DNA of 64,000 nucleotides from an uncultured Methanobrevibacter sp. Its GTDB lineage: Archaea; Methanobacteriota; Methanobacteria; Methanobacteriales; Methanobacteriaceae. Positions 51,375-61,511 of this stretch are shown here, piece after piece. The notes under the pieces are model-generated. The model made no database searches and was not told the origin of the DNA. It was given only the letters and a program-made list of their open reading frames with translations. Location of the stretch: assembly GCA_902463315.1 (NCBI GenBank), contig CABQFB010000001.1, positions 28,130 to 92,129 of the forward strand, written 5' to 3'. How positions within the stretch are numbered: the stretch's first letter is position 1; each line of letters opens with the position of its first letter. Both the position numbers and the translations under genes were made by a program.

Positions 51375-51890
51375 ATGAATGTTACGGTTTTTCATGCAGA
51401 TGAGTGTGACAGAAAAAAGTGCACTACCATTAAGATGGAAAAGATGGGGAAATGCAGGATTGTTTATAATCTAAACCGCATTCCTTCAGGCGCCATTGTT
51501 CTAAACCCATTTGCTGAAAAAGCTGTTTCATATGAGGATTATCGTTTTGTAGCTCACAGGGGAATTGTAGGTCTTGATTGTTCTTGGAATGAGGTTTCAA
51601 AATCCAAAAAGTTTTTTTCCCTTTCCAAGTACCACAGATCTCTTCCTTTTTTAATAGCTACTAATCCTGTAAATTTCGGAAAACCCTGTATTCTATCAAC
51701 TGTTGAAGCTATTGCAGCTACTCTTTATATTACCCGATTTAAGGAAGAGGCGGAAGAAATGCTTCAGGGGTTTAAGTGGGGTCATACTTTTTTAGAGTTG
51801 AATCATGAACTTTTAGAGGCTTACAGTGAAGCCAATACAAGTAGCGAAGTTGTAGAAATTCAAAATGATTTCCTAGAATCCCGAAATTAA
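51375..51890 (+). CDS. tsr3: Tsr3 (DUF367) 16S rRNA aminocarboxypropyltransferase
   Basis: N-terminus FHADECDRKKCTTIKM and ...LDCSW..., typical of the Tsr3 family. Confidence 0.7.
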   Translation: MNVTVFHADECDRKKCTTIKMEKMGKCRIVYNLNRIPSGAIVLNPFAEKAVSYEDYRFVAHRGIVGLDCSWNEVSKSKKFFSLSKYHRSLPFLIATNPVNFGKPCILSTVEAIAATLYITRFKEEAEEMLQGFKWGHTFLELNHELLEAYSEANTSSEVVEIQNDFLESRN

Positions 51891-51904
51891 GGAAGATTTT
51901 CTAA

Positions 51905-51917
51905 AACTTTATATAGT
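51905..51917 (+). promoter_or_regulatory. BRE/TATA-like box (AAACTTTATATAG) upstream of rpl40e
   Basis: Nearly identical to the rubredoxin promoter box, ~80 nt upstream of the ATG. Confidence 0.35.
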
Positions 51918-51997
51918 ATTATCATAAAAAATTATAGTAATAGTTATAACTAACGATTATTTGTTTTTTAATATTATTATTAAGGAGGAGTTTACCT

Positions 51998-52144
51998 ATG
52001 GCAAGATTTGAAGAAGCTGAAAACAGAATGTTTAATGTTAAAATTTGCTTAAAATGTAATGCTCGTAACCCTGCTAGTGCAACTACTTGCAGAAAATGTG
52101 GTTACAAAGGTTTAAGATACAAAGCAAAAGAACCAAGAGGATAA
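51998..52144 (+). CDS. rpl40e: 50S ribosomal protein L40e
   Basis: 48 aa: [48 protein letters not shown], behind an AAGGAGG Shine-Dalgarno. Confidence 0.8.
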   Translation: MARFEEAENRMFNVKICLKCNARNPASATTCRKCGYKGLRYKAKEPRG

Positions 52145-52207
52145 TTTATTCCTCTTTAAATACACTTTTTTTCTTTTTTTAAAAATTTACACTTAGTTGA
52201 TGATAAT

Positions 52208-52957
52208 ATGCAAAATGTTGAAAAACATATAAAAGATATATTAAAAACTAGAAAAATTCATTTTACACTTATTGATCCTGATGAGCAAAGCCCAGAAAAA
52301 GCTTTAGAAATTGCACAATTAGCTATTGAAGCTGGAACTGATGGCATCATGATTGGAGGATCAACCGTTGATAACGAAGATGTAAACTCTACATGTAAAA
52401 TATTATCTGAAAATATTGAAGTTCCAATAATAATATTTCCAGGAAACACAAGTAGTGTAAGTAAATATGCTGATGCAATATTCTTCATGACTTATCTAAA
52501 CTCTAACAATCCTTATTGGCTTATTGGAGCACAAGCATTAGGGTCTATAGGAGTTAAAAAATCAGGAATTGAAGTCCTTCCAATGGGTTATATGGTTGCA
52601 GAGCCAGGTGGAACAGTTGGTTGGGTTGGAGATGCTAAACTTGTACCTAGAAATAAACCAAAAATACCAGCTGCATATGCGATGGCTTCAGAATTTTTAG
52701 GGCAAAGATTCTTTTATATTGAAGCAGGGTCAGGAGCAGATAAACCAATTCCTCCAGAAATGGTAGCATATATTAAAAAAGCAACTGAAGACATGGTTGT
52801 TATAGTTGGTGGAGGAATAAGGGATGGTGAGGCGGCTTATGCTGCTGCAAAAGCTGGTGGAGATATTATTGTTACAGGTACAATAGTGGAAGAAACTGCT
52901 GATGTTAAATCCAAAATATCTGAATTAACATCAGCTATTAAAAAAGCTTCAGAGTGA
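52208..52957 (+). CDS. Geranylgeranylglyceryl phosphate synthase (PcrB/GGGPS family)
   Basis: TIM-barrel motifs ...DGIMIGGS..., ...FYIEAGSGA... and ...VGGGIRDGE... Confidence 0.85.
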   Translation: MQNVEKHIKDILKTRKIHFTLIDPDEQSPEKALEIAQLAIEAGTDGIMIGGSTVDNEDVNSTCKILSENIEVPIIIFPGNTSSVSKYADAIFFMTYLNSNNPYWLIGAQALGSIGVKKSGIEVLPMGYMVAEPGGTVGWVGDAKLVPRNKPKIPAAYAMASEFLGQRFFYIEAGSGADKPIPPEMVAYIKKATEDMVVIVGGGIRDGEAAYAAAKAGGDIIVTGTIVEETADVKSKISELTSAIKKASE

Positions 52958-53027
52958 TTTGTTTTCAATCGCTCTTACTCTTATTTTATTAATATTATTA
53001 ACATAATAATATAATACAGGTTTTATT

Positions 53028-54080
53028 ATGTTAAACTCATTATATTTAGAAGCAGCCAAAAAAAGGAATTCTCTTAAAGAAATTTTGCCTGAAATCAAAG
53101 ACGAAAATACTATCTCTGAGAAATGGGATGAAATCAAATTTGACGCTGATTTAGAAGATTTCTCAATAGCTGCAGGTGATGGAAGCTTCAACAAGAGAAA
53201 ATTTTTAGCGTTTACATTTTATGCAGTATGCGCTGAATCTGTTATTTTTGATGGTGAATTCAAAACCCTAGATGACTCAATTATAAATACCATAGAGCAT
53301 GACAGCTTTATTGACGATTTGCTGAGATTATATATGAGTGTTTTAGAAACTAAAAGTGCTCTTAAAACACTGGAATACATGGAAGTGGATTACTATTTAC
53401 TTGACGGATCATTATTTGGAGATTTAATAAGACCATTTCCATTAGGAATCAATATAAAAAATGAGAAACGTGAAGAATTGCTGTCAAAAAGTCTTGATAA
53501 ACTTGAAGAAAGTACAAAATTATTTAACACAAAACTTGAAGCACCAAAAATCATTGACGAATTCTGCAAAGAAGACAATAAAATCGACTATAAGATGTTT
53601 TTAACTTCAATAGAACAATTGCTACTTTTAAAAGAACTGTTGCAATATAATAGAAAAATCATTGCAATATCAAAGACTTCTACAAATAGAGATCTATTTA
53701 ACAGTAATATTCCAGACATTTCAATATTTGACAAATATACAAGAAAATCAGGAATGTCTAAAATAATCTATAAAAAGGTATCAGATGAGGTTCCATTTAA
53801 TTTTCTTGTTGAAAATGAGTTTTTTAAAAATCAGGTTTTTACAATATTTTATTTAAGATTAGAAGATTATAAAAATGTAATAAAAGTAGAACTGCCATAT
53901 AAGGCTTCAAAAAAAGAAGTTTTAACAATTATATCTAAAATTAAGAAGTATTCAAGTGAAGGATATCCATATTTGCTTAAAAAAGCACATAATGATGTTT
54001 TAATTTCATATAAGGACATGGATACATTAACTTCAATAGTTAACATAAGAGAAAAAATAGGAAGGGAAATGTTAAAATGA
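53028..54080 (+). CDS. nurA: NurA 5'-3' nuclease
   Basis: IAAGDGSF motif I, 350 aa, directly upstream of herA with an overlapping stop. Confidence 0.7.
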   Translation: MLNSLYLEAAKKRNSLKEILPEIKDENTISEKWDEIKFDADLEDFSIAAGDGSFNKRKFLAFTFYAVCAESVIFDGEFKTLDDSIINTIEHDSFIDDLLRLYMSVLETKSALKTLEYMEVDYYLLDGSLFGDLIRPFPLGINIKNEKREELLSKSLDKLEESTKLFNTKLEAPKIIDEFCKEDNKIDYKMFLTSIEQLLLLKELLQYNRKIIAISKTSTNRDLFNSNIPDISIFDKYTRKSGMSKIIYKKVSDEVPFNFLVENEFFKNQVFTIFYLRLEDYKNVIKVELPYKASKKEVLTIISKIKKYSSEGYPYLLKKAHNDVLISYKDMDTLTSIVNIREKIGREMLK

Positions 54081-55588
54081 TAATCGGAAGATGTATTGGA
54101 GAGACAACACCTACTGAAGTAAGCTTTATATCAAAAGAAATGCCACAAGTTGGAGAATATGTTTGTCTTAAATATGATGGAAAACAGGTACTGGGCATGA
54201 TTGAAGCTATGATACGTGGAAATGTTTCATTAACAGATGATATCTATAGCTTTGATACAGTAGAAATGATAGCGCAAATAGAAGGAAACGAATCATATAT
54301 TAAAGGAAAAATAAAGATTCTGGGAGATATTAAAGACAACTTAAAACTTCCAAGAACACCAGCACCACCAGGAACACCAGTAGAAATTGCTGATAAAAAA
54401 ATTCTAAAAGATGTATTTAAAGTAAAAAATCCATTGAAATTAGGATCACTTATAAATCAAAAGGATGTTGAAGTTGGAGTAAATGCAAATTCAATATTAA
54501 CAAGACATTTGGCAATTTTAGCAATGACTGGGGCTGGAAAATCAAATACAGTTTCCGTATTGATAGATGGAATGCTGGATTATAGCATACCTGTTTTTAT
54601 CTTTGATATGCATGGCGAGTATAAAGATGCTGAATTTAAAAACGGTGAAGTAAACATAATAAAACCTTCCATAAATCCACATTACATGTCCTTTAATGAA
54701 ATAAAAAAATTAGCTAATATTCCAAACAATGCATTTAAACAAGAATCACAATTTAGAAAAGCTTTTAAAAAAGCTAATAAGAAAGTAGAAAATGGAGAGG
54801 CAACAACAAATAACTTTCTGCAAATAATTAAGGATGTTTTAACAGTAGAATATAATGATGAAGAAAAAAGTTCTGGTGAAAAAGGAGATATTCAGGCGGT
54901 TTTAAACAAAATTGAAGATTTAATGGAGAAATACTCTAATTTATTCGATACAAACCGTGGAAATATTATATCCAGTATTGAAATAGGAAAAGCTAATGTA
55001 CTTGATTTAAGCCAAACTGATGAATATGCTGCAGAAGTACTTGTAAGCCATATTCTAAGAAACTCCCTCCAACGTCGTAAGAATTTCTTTAATAAAAGTT
55101 CAAATAAGGTTCTTGAGTTTCCAGTATTCTTTATTCTTGAAGAAGCCCATATTTTAGCTCCAAAAAGAAGGGATTCTGATTCTAAATTTTGGATTCAAAG
55201 AGTTGCTCGTGAAGGGAGAAAATTTGGTCTTGGTTTATGTTTAGTAAGTCAGTCTCCAAAAACTGTTGATCAGGATGCATTATCCCAAATGAATAATATG
55301 ATTATTTTAAGATTGGTGGAACCAGATGATCAAAGGCATGTTCAATCAGCAAGTGAGAGTCTATCTGAAGATCTTGTAAAGCAATTACCCTCATTAAATG
55401 TTGGAGAAGCAGTAGTATTAGGGTTAATGACAAAAGTACCAACATTAGTTAAGATTGATGAATTTAAAGGAAGAAGATATGGTGGAGATATTGATGTTAT
55501 TTCTGAAATAGCTAAATATAAAGGAGAAATTGATGAAGAAGTAAAAAAACAAGAAGATGAATTAATGAATTTAGGTTATGATTATTGA
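54077..55588 (+). CDS. herA: HerA DNA double-strand-break repair helicase
   Basis: Walker A AMTGAGKSNT, Walker B FILEEAH, 503 aa. Confidence 0.85.
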   Translation: MIIGRCIGETTPTEVSFISKEMPQVGEYVCLKYDGKQVLGMIEAMIRGNVSLTDDIYSFDTVEMIAQIEGNESYIKGKIKILGDIKDNLKLPRTPAPPGTPVEIADKKILKDVFKVKNPLKLGSLINQKDVEVGVNANSILTRHLAILAMTGAGKSNTVSVLIDGMLDYSIPVFIFDMHGEYKDAEFKNGEVNIIKPSINPHYMSFNEIKKLANIPNNAFKQESQFRKAFKKANKKVENGEATTNNFLQIIKDVLTVEYNDEEKSSGEKGDIQAVLNKIEDLMEKYSNLFDTNRGNIISSIEIGKANVLDLSQTDEYAAEVLVSHILRNSLQRRKNFFNKSSNKVLEFPVFFILEEAHILAPKRRDSDSKFWIQRVAREGRKFGLGLCLVSQSPKTVDQDALSQMNNMIILRLVEPDDQRHVQSASESLSEDLVKQLPSLNVGEAVVLGLMTKVPTLVKIDEFKGRRYGGDIDVISEIAKYKGEIDEEVKKQEDELMNLGYDY

Positions 55589-55672
55589 TTTAAAAAATAT
55601 TAAATAAGTCTCATAACAAATATTTAAATAATTTGATAAGTGTTTATTGATTAAAATTAATAGGTAATTATA

Positions 55673-56893
55673 ATGAAATTTGCACATTTAGCGGATTCTC
55701 ATTTAGGTTTTAGACAGTACGGACTTCAAGAACGTGAAAAAGACCTATATGAAGTATTCGATAGGATTATAGATAGAATAATACAAGAAAAAGTCGATTT
55801 TGTAATACATTCTGGTGATTTGTTTGAATCTGCAAAACCATCACCAAATGCACTTTTAGTTTTTCAGAAAGCAGTGTTAAGATTAAAAGGTGCAGGAATT
55901 CCGATGTATGCAATTGTAGGAAACCATGATTCTCTTTTAAGTAAACATGCAATTCCACCACAGGTATTATTTAAAAAACTTGGAATTAAATTAATAAGTG
56001 GAATTAACACTAATTATGTTTATGATGATGTATTTATCGCAGGATTTCCTTATGTTCCAAATTCACAAAGTAATGTATTAAAAAAGAAACTTGCAGAATT
56101 ATCTTCAAAAGCAGCACAATATGATAAGTCTATTTTAACTCTTCACCAAGGAATAGATAAATATTTAAATGTTAATTATGAATTGGAAATTGGTGACATA
56201 CCAGATAACTTTGATTATTATGCTTTTGGTCATCTTCATAATTATATTGAAGATGATTTTGGAAAAGGAAAACTTGTGTATCCAGGATCTATTGATATTT
56301 TAAGAAGTAATGAATATAACGATTATCTTAAAAATGGTAGGGGATTTGTTATTGTTGATTTAGACGATGATAAACCAAAAGTAAAAAGAATAACTGTTCC
56401 AATTTCTAGAAAATTCATAAACATAACTATTGATTTTAAAAACCTTGAAAATGATTTAGAACGTCTAAAAGTGGATATTGAAAAACTTGATAAAAAACCA
56501 ATTGTGAACTTAACAATACTTAATGTAGATAGAAATGTTGATGATGTTCATGATTTAATAAATTCTGAGCTCTCAGAGTCAACATTAATGATAAGACCAA
56601 TTTTTAAATTTGATGATGAAGAAGAACTTGAAATCATTTCTTCAAACAAATTAGGGCCAAAAGAACTTTTAGCTAAAAAATTAGGGGAATTTGGAAATGA
56701 CAGTATTGTTAAATTAGGTGTCGATTTATACGAAGCATTATACAGGAATTCAGAAAAAGAAGCATATAACATTACTGAAAATTATTTTGAAAACAATTTT
56801 GACTCAATAGTTGTTGACAATAACAAACCAACTAAAACCGAAAAGACTGAAGAAGAAAAAAAGACAATTGTATTTAAAGAGGCAGCACAATGA
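55673..56893 (+). CDS. mre11: Mre11 nuclease
   Basis: Calcineurin-like phosphoesterase motifs HLADSHLG, GDLFE and GNHD. Confidence 0.85.
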   Translation: MKFAHLADSHLGFRQYGLQEREKDLYEVFDRIIDRIIQEKVDFVIHSGDLFESAKPSPNALLVFQKAVLRLKGAGIPMYAIVGNHDSLLSKHAIPPQVLFKKLGIKLISGINTNYVYDDVFIAGFPYVPNSQSNVLKKKLAELSSKAAQYDKSILTLHQGIDKYLNVNYELEIGDIPDNFDYYAFGHLHNYIEDDFGKGKLVYPGSIDILRSNEYNDYLKNGRGFVIVDLDDDKPKVKRITVPISRKFINITIDFKNLENDLERLKVDIEKLDKKPIVNLTILNVDRNVDDVHDLINSELSESTLMIRPIFKFDDEEELEIISSNKLGPKELLAKKLGEFGNDSIVKLGVDLYEALYRNSEKEAYNITENYFENNFDSIVVDNNKPTKTEKTEEEKKTIVFKEAAQ

Positions 56894-59649
56894 TTTTTAA
56901 AAAGCTATTTCTAAAAAATTTCAAGTCTTATCAAAATGCTGAAATCACATTTAACAAAGGAATTACTATTATAGTTGGTGAAAATGGAGCAGGAAAATCA
57001 ACAATCTTAGAAGGAATCAGTTTTGCTTTATTTAAACAACATGGAGCAAAAAAGATTGGTGAACTTGTAAGAAATAATAGTAGTGAACCAATGGTTGTTG
57101 AATTAGAATTTAATGTTAATGGTAAAGACTATAAAATTGTTCGTGAAAGATCCGGAGAAAAATTAGTTTCTAAATTATTTAAAAAATCAATCGATATTGG
57201 CGAATTTATGCCTTTAGCTGTAGGAGATAAAGAGGTATCATCACAACTATCTAAGATACTTGCTATCGACTCAGATTTATTTTTAAATGCAATATATGTA
57301 AGGCAAGGAGAAATTGCAGAGCTTGTAAATAAATCTCCTGCTGAAAAAAAATTATTAATAGGGAAATTATTAGGTTTAGATTCTCTTGAAAATGCATGGA
57401 AAAACATTCAGCCTATCATATCACATTATGAAAACAAGAAAGCAGAGCTTAAAGGAAAACTTTCCATGTCCGGTAACTTGGAAGAGGAACATAATAAGAA
57501 AGTAGCCGAACTTAAAAATTTAAAGGATCAAGGCCATGGATTAGAAGAAAAACTAAAAGGTATTCGAAAAATTCAAGAGGAGAATCACACTGCAAAACTG
57601 AACATAGAACGTGAAAAAGAAATATATGAAAAGTTCGTAAGTAATCTAAATGCAGAAGAAAATGCTCTTAAAATACTTCTAAATGATAAAAATCAAATTC
57701 AAGAAAGCTTATCCAAGATTGATGAAGCTGGAGAAAAATTAACAATACTTCAGAATCAAATTAAAAAACTTCCTTTATATCTTGAATTTGAAAATGCGGT
57801 AAAAAATATTGAACAATTGAGAGATAAAGAAGAAGAGCTAGAAAGCAAAATTGATTCCATTAATACTCAGGAAGAAATTTTAAAAAATTCAGAAAAAGGA
57901 AAAAACAAATATAATGAAGCTGAAGAAGATATCAAAAACTTAAATGAAAAGAAAAACGGTATTGAAAAAGAATTAATAGGGCTTGGCAATTTAGAAGAAG
58001 ATAAATCAAATTTAATTGAAGAAAGTGAAAAAATCAGTAATGAACTTAAGGAATTTATTAATAATTCTAAAAAGCAACTAACAGAATTTGGTTTAGAAAA
58101 AGATAAAATTAATGAAATTGATACAGACTTGTCTAAATTAGATGAGGTTGTTGATGAATTTCTAGAAAATATCGAAGCTGAATTAAAAAAGATTAATGAA
58201 GAAATTATTGATAAAAATGAAAGATTAGCTAAACTTGATGAATCGATAAATACTTGTGAAAGACCATTAACTGAATTAAATGAAGTAGAAGGTATTTGTC
58301 CAGTATGTCAATCAAGAATCACAGACATTCAAAAAGAAAGCCTTATTGTTCGATATCAAAGTCAAATTGAAGAAAATAAGAAGCTCATTGAAGAAAATAA
58401 AAAAGATATTAAATATTTGAATATGGGCAAAAAAAATCTTGAGAATAAAGAAAAAGAGGCAGAAAAATTATCTAAAGATATTATTGAATATAATTATAAA
58501 TATTCTGATTTAGAGAAGAATATGAAGGAAATTCAAGAAATAGATAATAGTATTGAATCTAAAACTCTTATTAATAATAAATTATCTAAAATTATTAATA
58601 AAATAACTGAAGCCGAACAAGAATCTAAAGAATATAAGCAACATTATGAAGATTATATTAAAGCACAAGGTATTCTTGATGTTTTAGGTGATGTTGATGA
58701 AATTAAAGAAGAGTTAAATATCTTAATTAATGAATTGGATGAAAATATTCAAAGGATTAAAGAAATTACAGAACAAGATTCTAATATCACTACAAAAATT
58801 ACAACTGAGGAACTTTCAAAACAGATTAATGATTTAAAAGAAAAAGATGCAGAATATAATCAATTAAAAGGATTCATTCAAACTAAAGAGTCTTTAGAAG
58901 CTCAATTAGATGCTAAACAAAAAGACATTGTATGGAAACAGGATTCAATTACAACTATTAGGGAGAATATTGAAAATTCTGATTATGATAAGGTCCAATA
59001 TGAGAAGCTCCTTTCAGAATATGAAATATATGATAATAAAGAAAAAGAGTATAATGAAGATTTGATACGTATCAAAACTACATCTAAAGCGCTTATTTCC
59101 GAGGTTCAAAATTTAAAAGATAAAATACTTCTTAATAATGCAGTCGAAAAAAAATATCACAGTACTGATGAGTATTTAACTATTTTAAATAAAATTAGAG
59201 ATCTTTACAGTAAGAATGGTATTCAAAAAGAATTAAGAAGCTATTCAAGACCATTAATTCAAAAATATACGAAAGAATTCTTTAATAAATTTAATTTTGA
59301 TTACTCTGATTTAATCTTAGATGATGAGTACAATGTTACTGTTTATGGTCCTGAAGGAGAATCATCTTTAAATATGGTTAGTGGTGGAGAAAAGATTGCA
59401 ATAGCTCTCGCTTTAAGACTTGGTATTACTCAATCTTTATCTGAAGGTAATCTAGAAACTATCCTTTTAGATGAACCTACTGTACATTTAGATAGTTCTA
59501 GAAGACAGGATTTAATTAATCTTTTAAAAGAAATTAACCTTCTTCCTCAAATGATTATTGTAACTCATGAGGATTATCTTAAAAATGCAGCAGACAATTT
59601 AATTAATGTTGAGAAGAGAAATGGACTTTCTAATGTTCAAATCCAATAA
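56890..59649 (+). CDS. rad50: Rad50 ATPase
   Basis: Walker A GENGAGKST, a long coiled coil, the CPVCQS zinc hook, the signature SGGEK, and a D-loop DEPT. Confidence 0.9.
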   Translation: MIFKKLFLKNFKSYQNAEITFNKGITIIVGENGAGKSTILEGISFALFKQHGAKKIGELVRNNSSEPMVVELEFNVNGKDYKIVRERSGEKLVSKLFKKSIDIGEFMPLAVGDKEVSSQLSKILAIDSDLFLNAIYVRQGEIAELVNKSPAEKKLLIGKLLGLDSLENAWKNIQPIISHYENKKAELKGKLSMSGNLEEEHNKKVAELKNLKDQGHGLEEKLKGIRKIQEENHTAKLNIEREKEIYEKFVSNLNAEENALKILLNDKNQIQESLSKIDEAGEKLTILQNQIKKLPLYLEFENAVKNIEQLRDKEEELESKIDSINTQEEILKNSEKGKNKYNEAEEDIKNLNEKKNGIEKELIGLGNLEEDKSNLIEESEKISNELKEFINNSKKQLTEFGLEKDKINEIDTDLSKLDEVVDEFLENIEAELKKINEEIIDKNERLAKLDESINTCERPLTELNEVEGICPVCQSRITDIQKESLIVRYQSQIEENKKLIEENKKDIKYLNMGKKNLENKEKEAEKLSKDIIEYNYKYSDLEKNMKEIQEIDNSIESKTLINNKLSKIINKITEAEQESKEYKQHYEDYIKAQGILDVLGDVDEIKEELNILINELDENIQRIKEITEQDSNITTKITTEELSKQINDLKEKDAEYNQLKGFIQTKESLEAQLDAKQKDIVWKQDSITTIRENIENSDYDKVQYEKLLSEYEIYDNKEKEYNEDLIRIKTTSKALISEVQNLKDKILLNNAVEKKYHSTDEYLTILNKIRDLYSKNGIQKELRSYSRPLIQKYTKEFFNKFNFDYSDLILDDEYNVTVYGPEGESSLNMVSGGEKIAIALALRLGITQSLSEGNLETILLDEPTVHLDSSRRQDLINLLKEINLLPQMIIVTHEDYLKNAADNLINVEKRNGLSNVQIQ

Positions 59650-59664
59650 TATCTCTTCATTTTT

Positions 59665-60081
59665 TTATTCTATTTCACAATTGTTGTCATCAAGGTTAAT
59701 TGCATTTTTTATCGCATCAATTATGCAGTTTGCATTCCACCCAACAATTGTTTTTGCTTTTTCTTCTAGCTTTTCTGGAACTTCTTCTGCTCCATATGGT
59801 CTTACAAGAACTATTGGGATGTTGTAAATCTCACTAGCTTCCAATAATTCATCAAAAGTATCTTTATTGTCTTTGTATAGTCCTGCAAGAAGGATTATTG
59901 CATCTACTTTATTGTAAAATTCAGGACTAGCTGTTGAATAGGATCCTGAAATTGATTCTTTCCATAAAAACTCAGGTTTTGAATATATTTTTTCTATGAA
60001 TTGTCTGTATTCATTTTCTCTATCAAAACCATTACTTATTATTAAATTGTAAATTTTATCATCTTTATCTTCTTCGAACAT
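59665..60081 (-). CDS. Hypothetical protein, possibly a flavodoxin-like/nucleoside 2-deoxyribosyltransferase-like fold
   Basis: 138 aa. VDAIILLAG...TFDELLEASEIYNIPIVLV resembles the NDT-like acidic-residue/Rossmann pattern. The call is weak. Confidence 0.3.
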   Translation of the reverse strand: MFEEDKDDKIYNLIISNGFDRENEYRQFIEKIYSKPEFLWKESISGSYSTASPEFYNKVDAIILLAGLYKDNKDTFDELLEASEIYNIPIVLVRPYGAEEVPEKLEEKAKTIVGWNANCIIDAIKNAINLDDNNCEIE

Positions 60082-60160
60082 ATTTTTACCTCTAATTTTG
60101 ATTATGGTTTGTTGTATTTATAAATATTTATTTAACATTTAAATATACATATATAATTAT

Positions 60161-61435
60161 ATGAAAGTAGCAATTATTGGTTTAGGTGTCGAAGGTAAGA
60201 AAGCTACTAATTCCTTTTTAAAACATGGTTGGGAAGTTTATGCTTCTGATTTAAACGAAAATGTTAATTTAGAGGGTTTAGAGATTCCTTTTTTAGATAT
60301 TGATTTTGGTGAATCTATGACAATCATTGCTGATAATACTCAGATTGATTTAGGTTATACAAATGATAAACTCATAGAATCTGCTGATGCAGTAGCTTTT
60401 AGTCCTAGTATGTGGAATAGTGATCTCGCTAAACGTGTTGTTGATAGTGGAAAGTTTATTAGTGATGTCTTAACTAAACATAAGGATATTTTCACTATTG
60501 GTATTACGGGGACTAATGGCAAAACTACTACTGTTCACATGATTAAGGAGATACTTGAAAATGCAGGATTAGATGTTTTAGTTGGTGGAAATGCTGGCGG
60601 TGGCTTTAATGGTTATTTTGACTTAATATTGGAAGCTGAAAATTCCAATCCTGATGTTTTATTAGTTGAAATATGTGATATGACTCTCGATTTTTGTAGT
60701 TATTGCTTTGATTTTGATTTAATTGGCCTTACTAATATTGGTAAGGATCACATGGATGTTCATGGAACTGTAGCCAATTATAAAAATTCTCTTTCTAGAT
60801 TTTTCAATAATAAAAATGTTATTATAAATCATAATCAGGATTTTAAAAGCAATTTTAAAGAATCTGCTGACAATTTATATTATTATTTCGAATCTCAAGA
60901 TATTTTGCAGGTTTTTGGTAAATTTAACAGGTTTAATGCAGGGCTTGCAACAGCTATTGCAACTGAACTTAAAATTCCTCGTGAAACAATTGAAAGGAGT
61001 TTAGCTGATTTTAAAGCTGTTGAAGGACGTTTAGATGTTTATAAAATTAACGATTCTAAAATCTACATTGGAAAAACAGACAATGTTGATGCATTAAAAT
61101 CTGTTTTAAATGAAGACGATTTTTATGCAGTATTTATGGGAACACCAAGATCAAATGAGCTTGATAGATTAGACATGTTTGATGAGGTTGTCAAATATGA
61201 TCCTGAAGTTATAGTTGTATTTCCTGGTCTTGAAGATACTGTTGATAGGGCTATTTTGAAGTTAAATTCATTGGGTTATAATGGAAGAACTGAGGTTGTA
61301 AATAGCTTGGATGAAATTATAGCATTAGTTGCTGAGTTTTCCCATGAAAACGCTATGTTAATTGGTGGAAATGGTCAAAAAGCAATAATTGAAATTCAAG
61401 AGAGAATTCAGCTTTTGTCGAATAATTGTAATTAA
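60161..61435 (+). CDS. Mur-ligase-family protein (MurD-like; candidate pseudomurein peptide ligase or F430 synthetase CfbE-like)
   Basis: N-terminal Rossmann VAIIGLGVEG and the Mur ligase P-loop GITGTNGKTTT. Confidence 0.65.
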   Translation: MKVAIIGLGVEGKKATNSFLKHGWEVYASDLNENVNLEGLEIPFLDIDFGESMTIIADNTQIDLGYTNDKLIESADAVAFSPSMWNSDLAKRVVDSGKFISDVLTKHKDIFTIGITGTNGKTTTVHMIKEILENAGLDVLVGGNAGGGFNGYFDLILEAENSNPDVLLVEICDMTLDFCSYCFDFDLIGLTNIGKDHMDVHGTVANYKNSLSRFFNNKNVIINHNQDFKSNFKESADNLYYYFESQDILQVFGKFNRFNAGLATAIATELKIPRETIERSLADFKAVEGRLDVYKINDSKIYIGKTDNVDALKSVLNEDDFYAVFMGTPRSNELDRLDMFDEVVKYDPEVIVVFPGLEDTVDRAILKLNSLGYNGRTEVVNSLDEIIALVAEFSHENAMLIGGNGQKAIIEIQERIQLLSNNCN

Positions 61436-61511
61436 TTAATAATGTATATATATAATTGCTAATAGATAATTAAATTATTAAGACAATATATGTTTAGTTA
61501 GAGGTTTAGAT

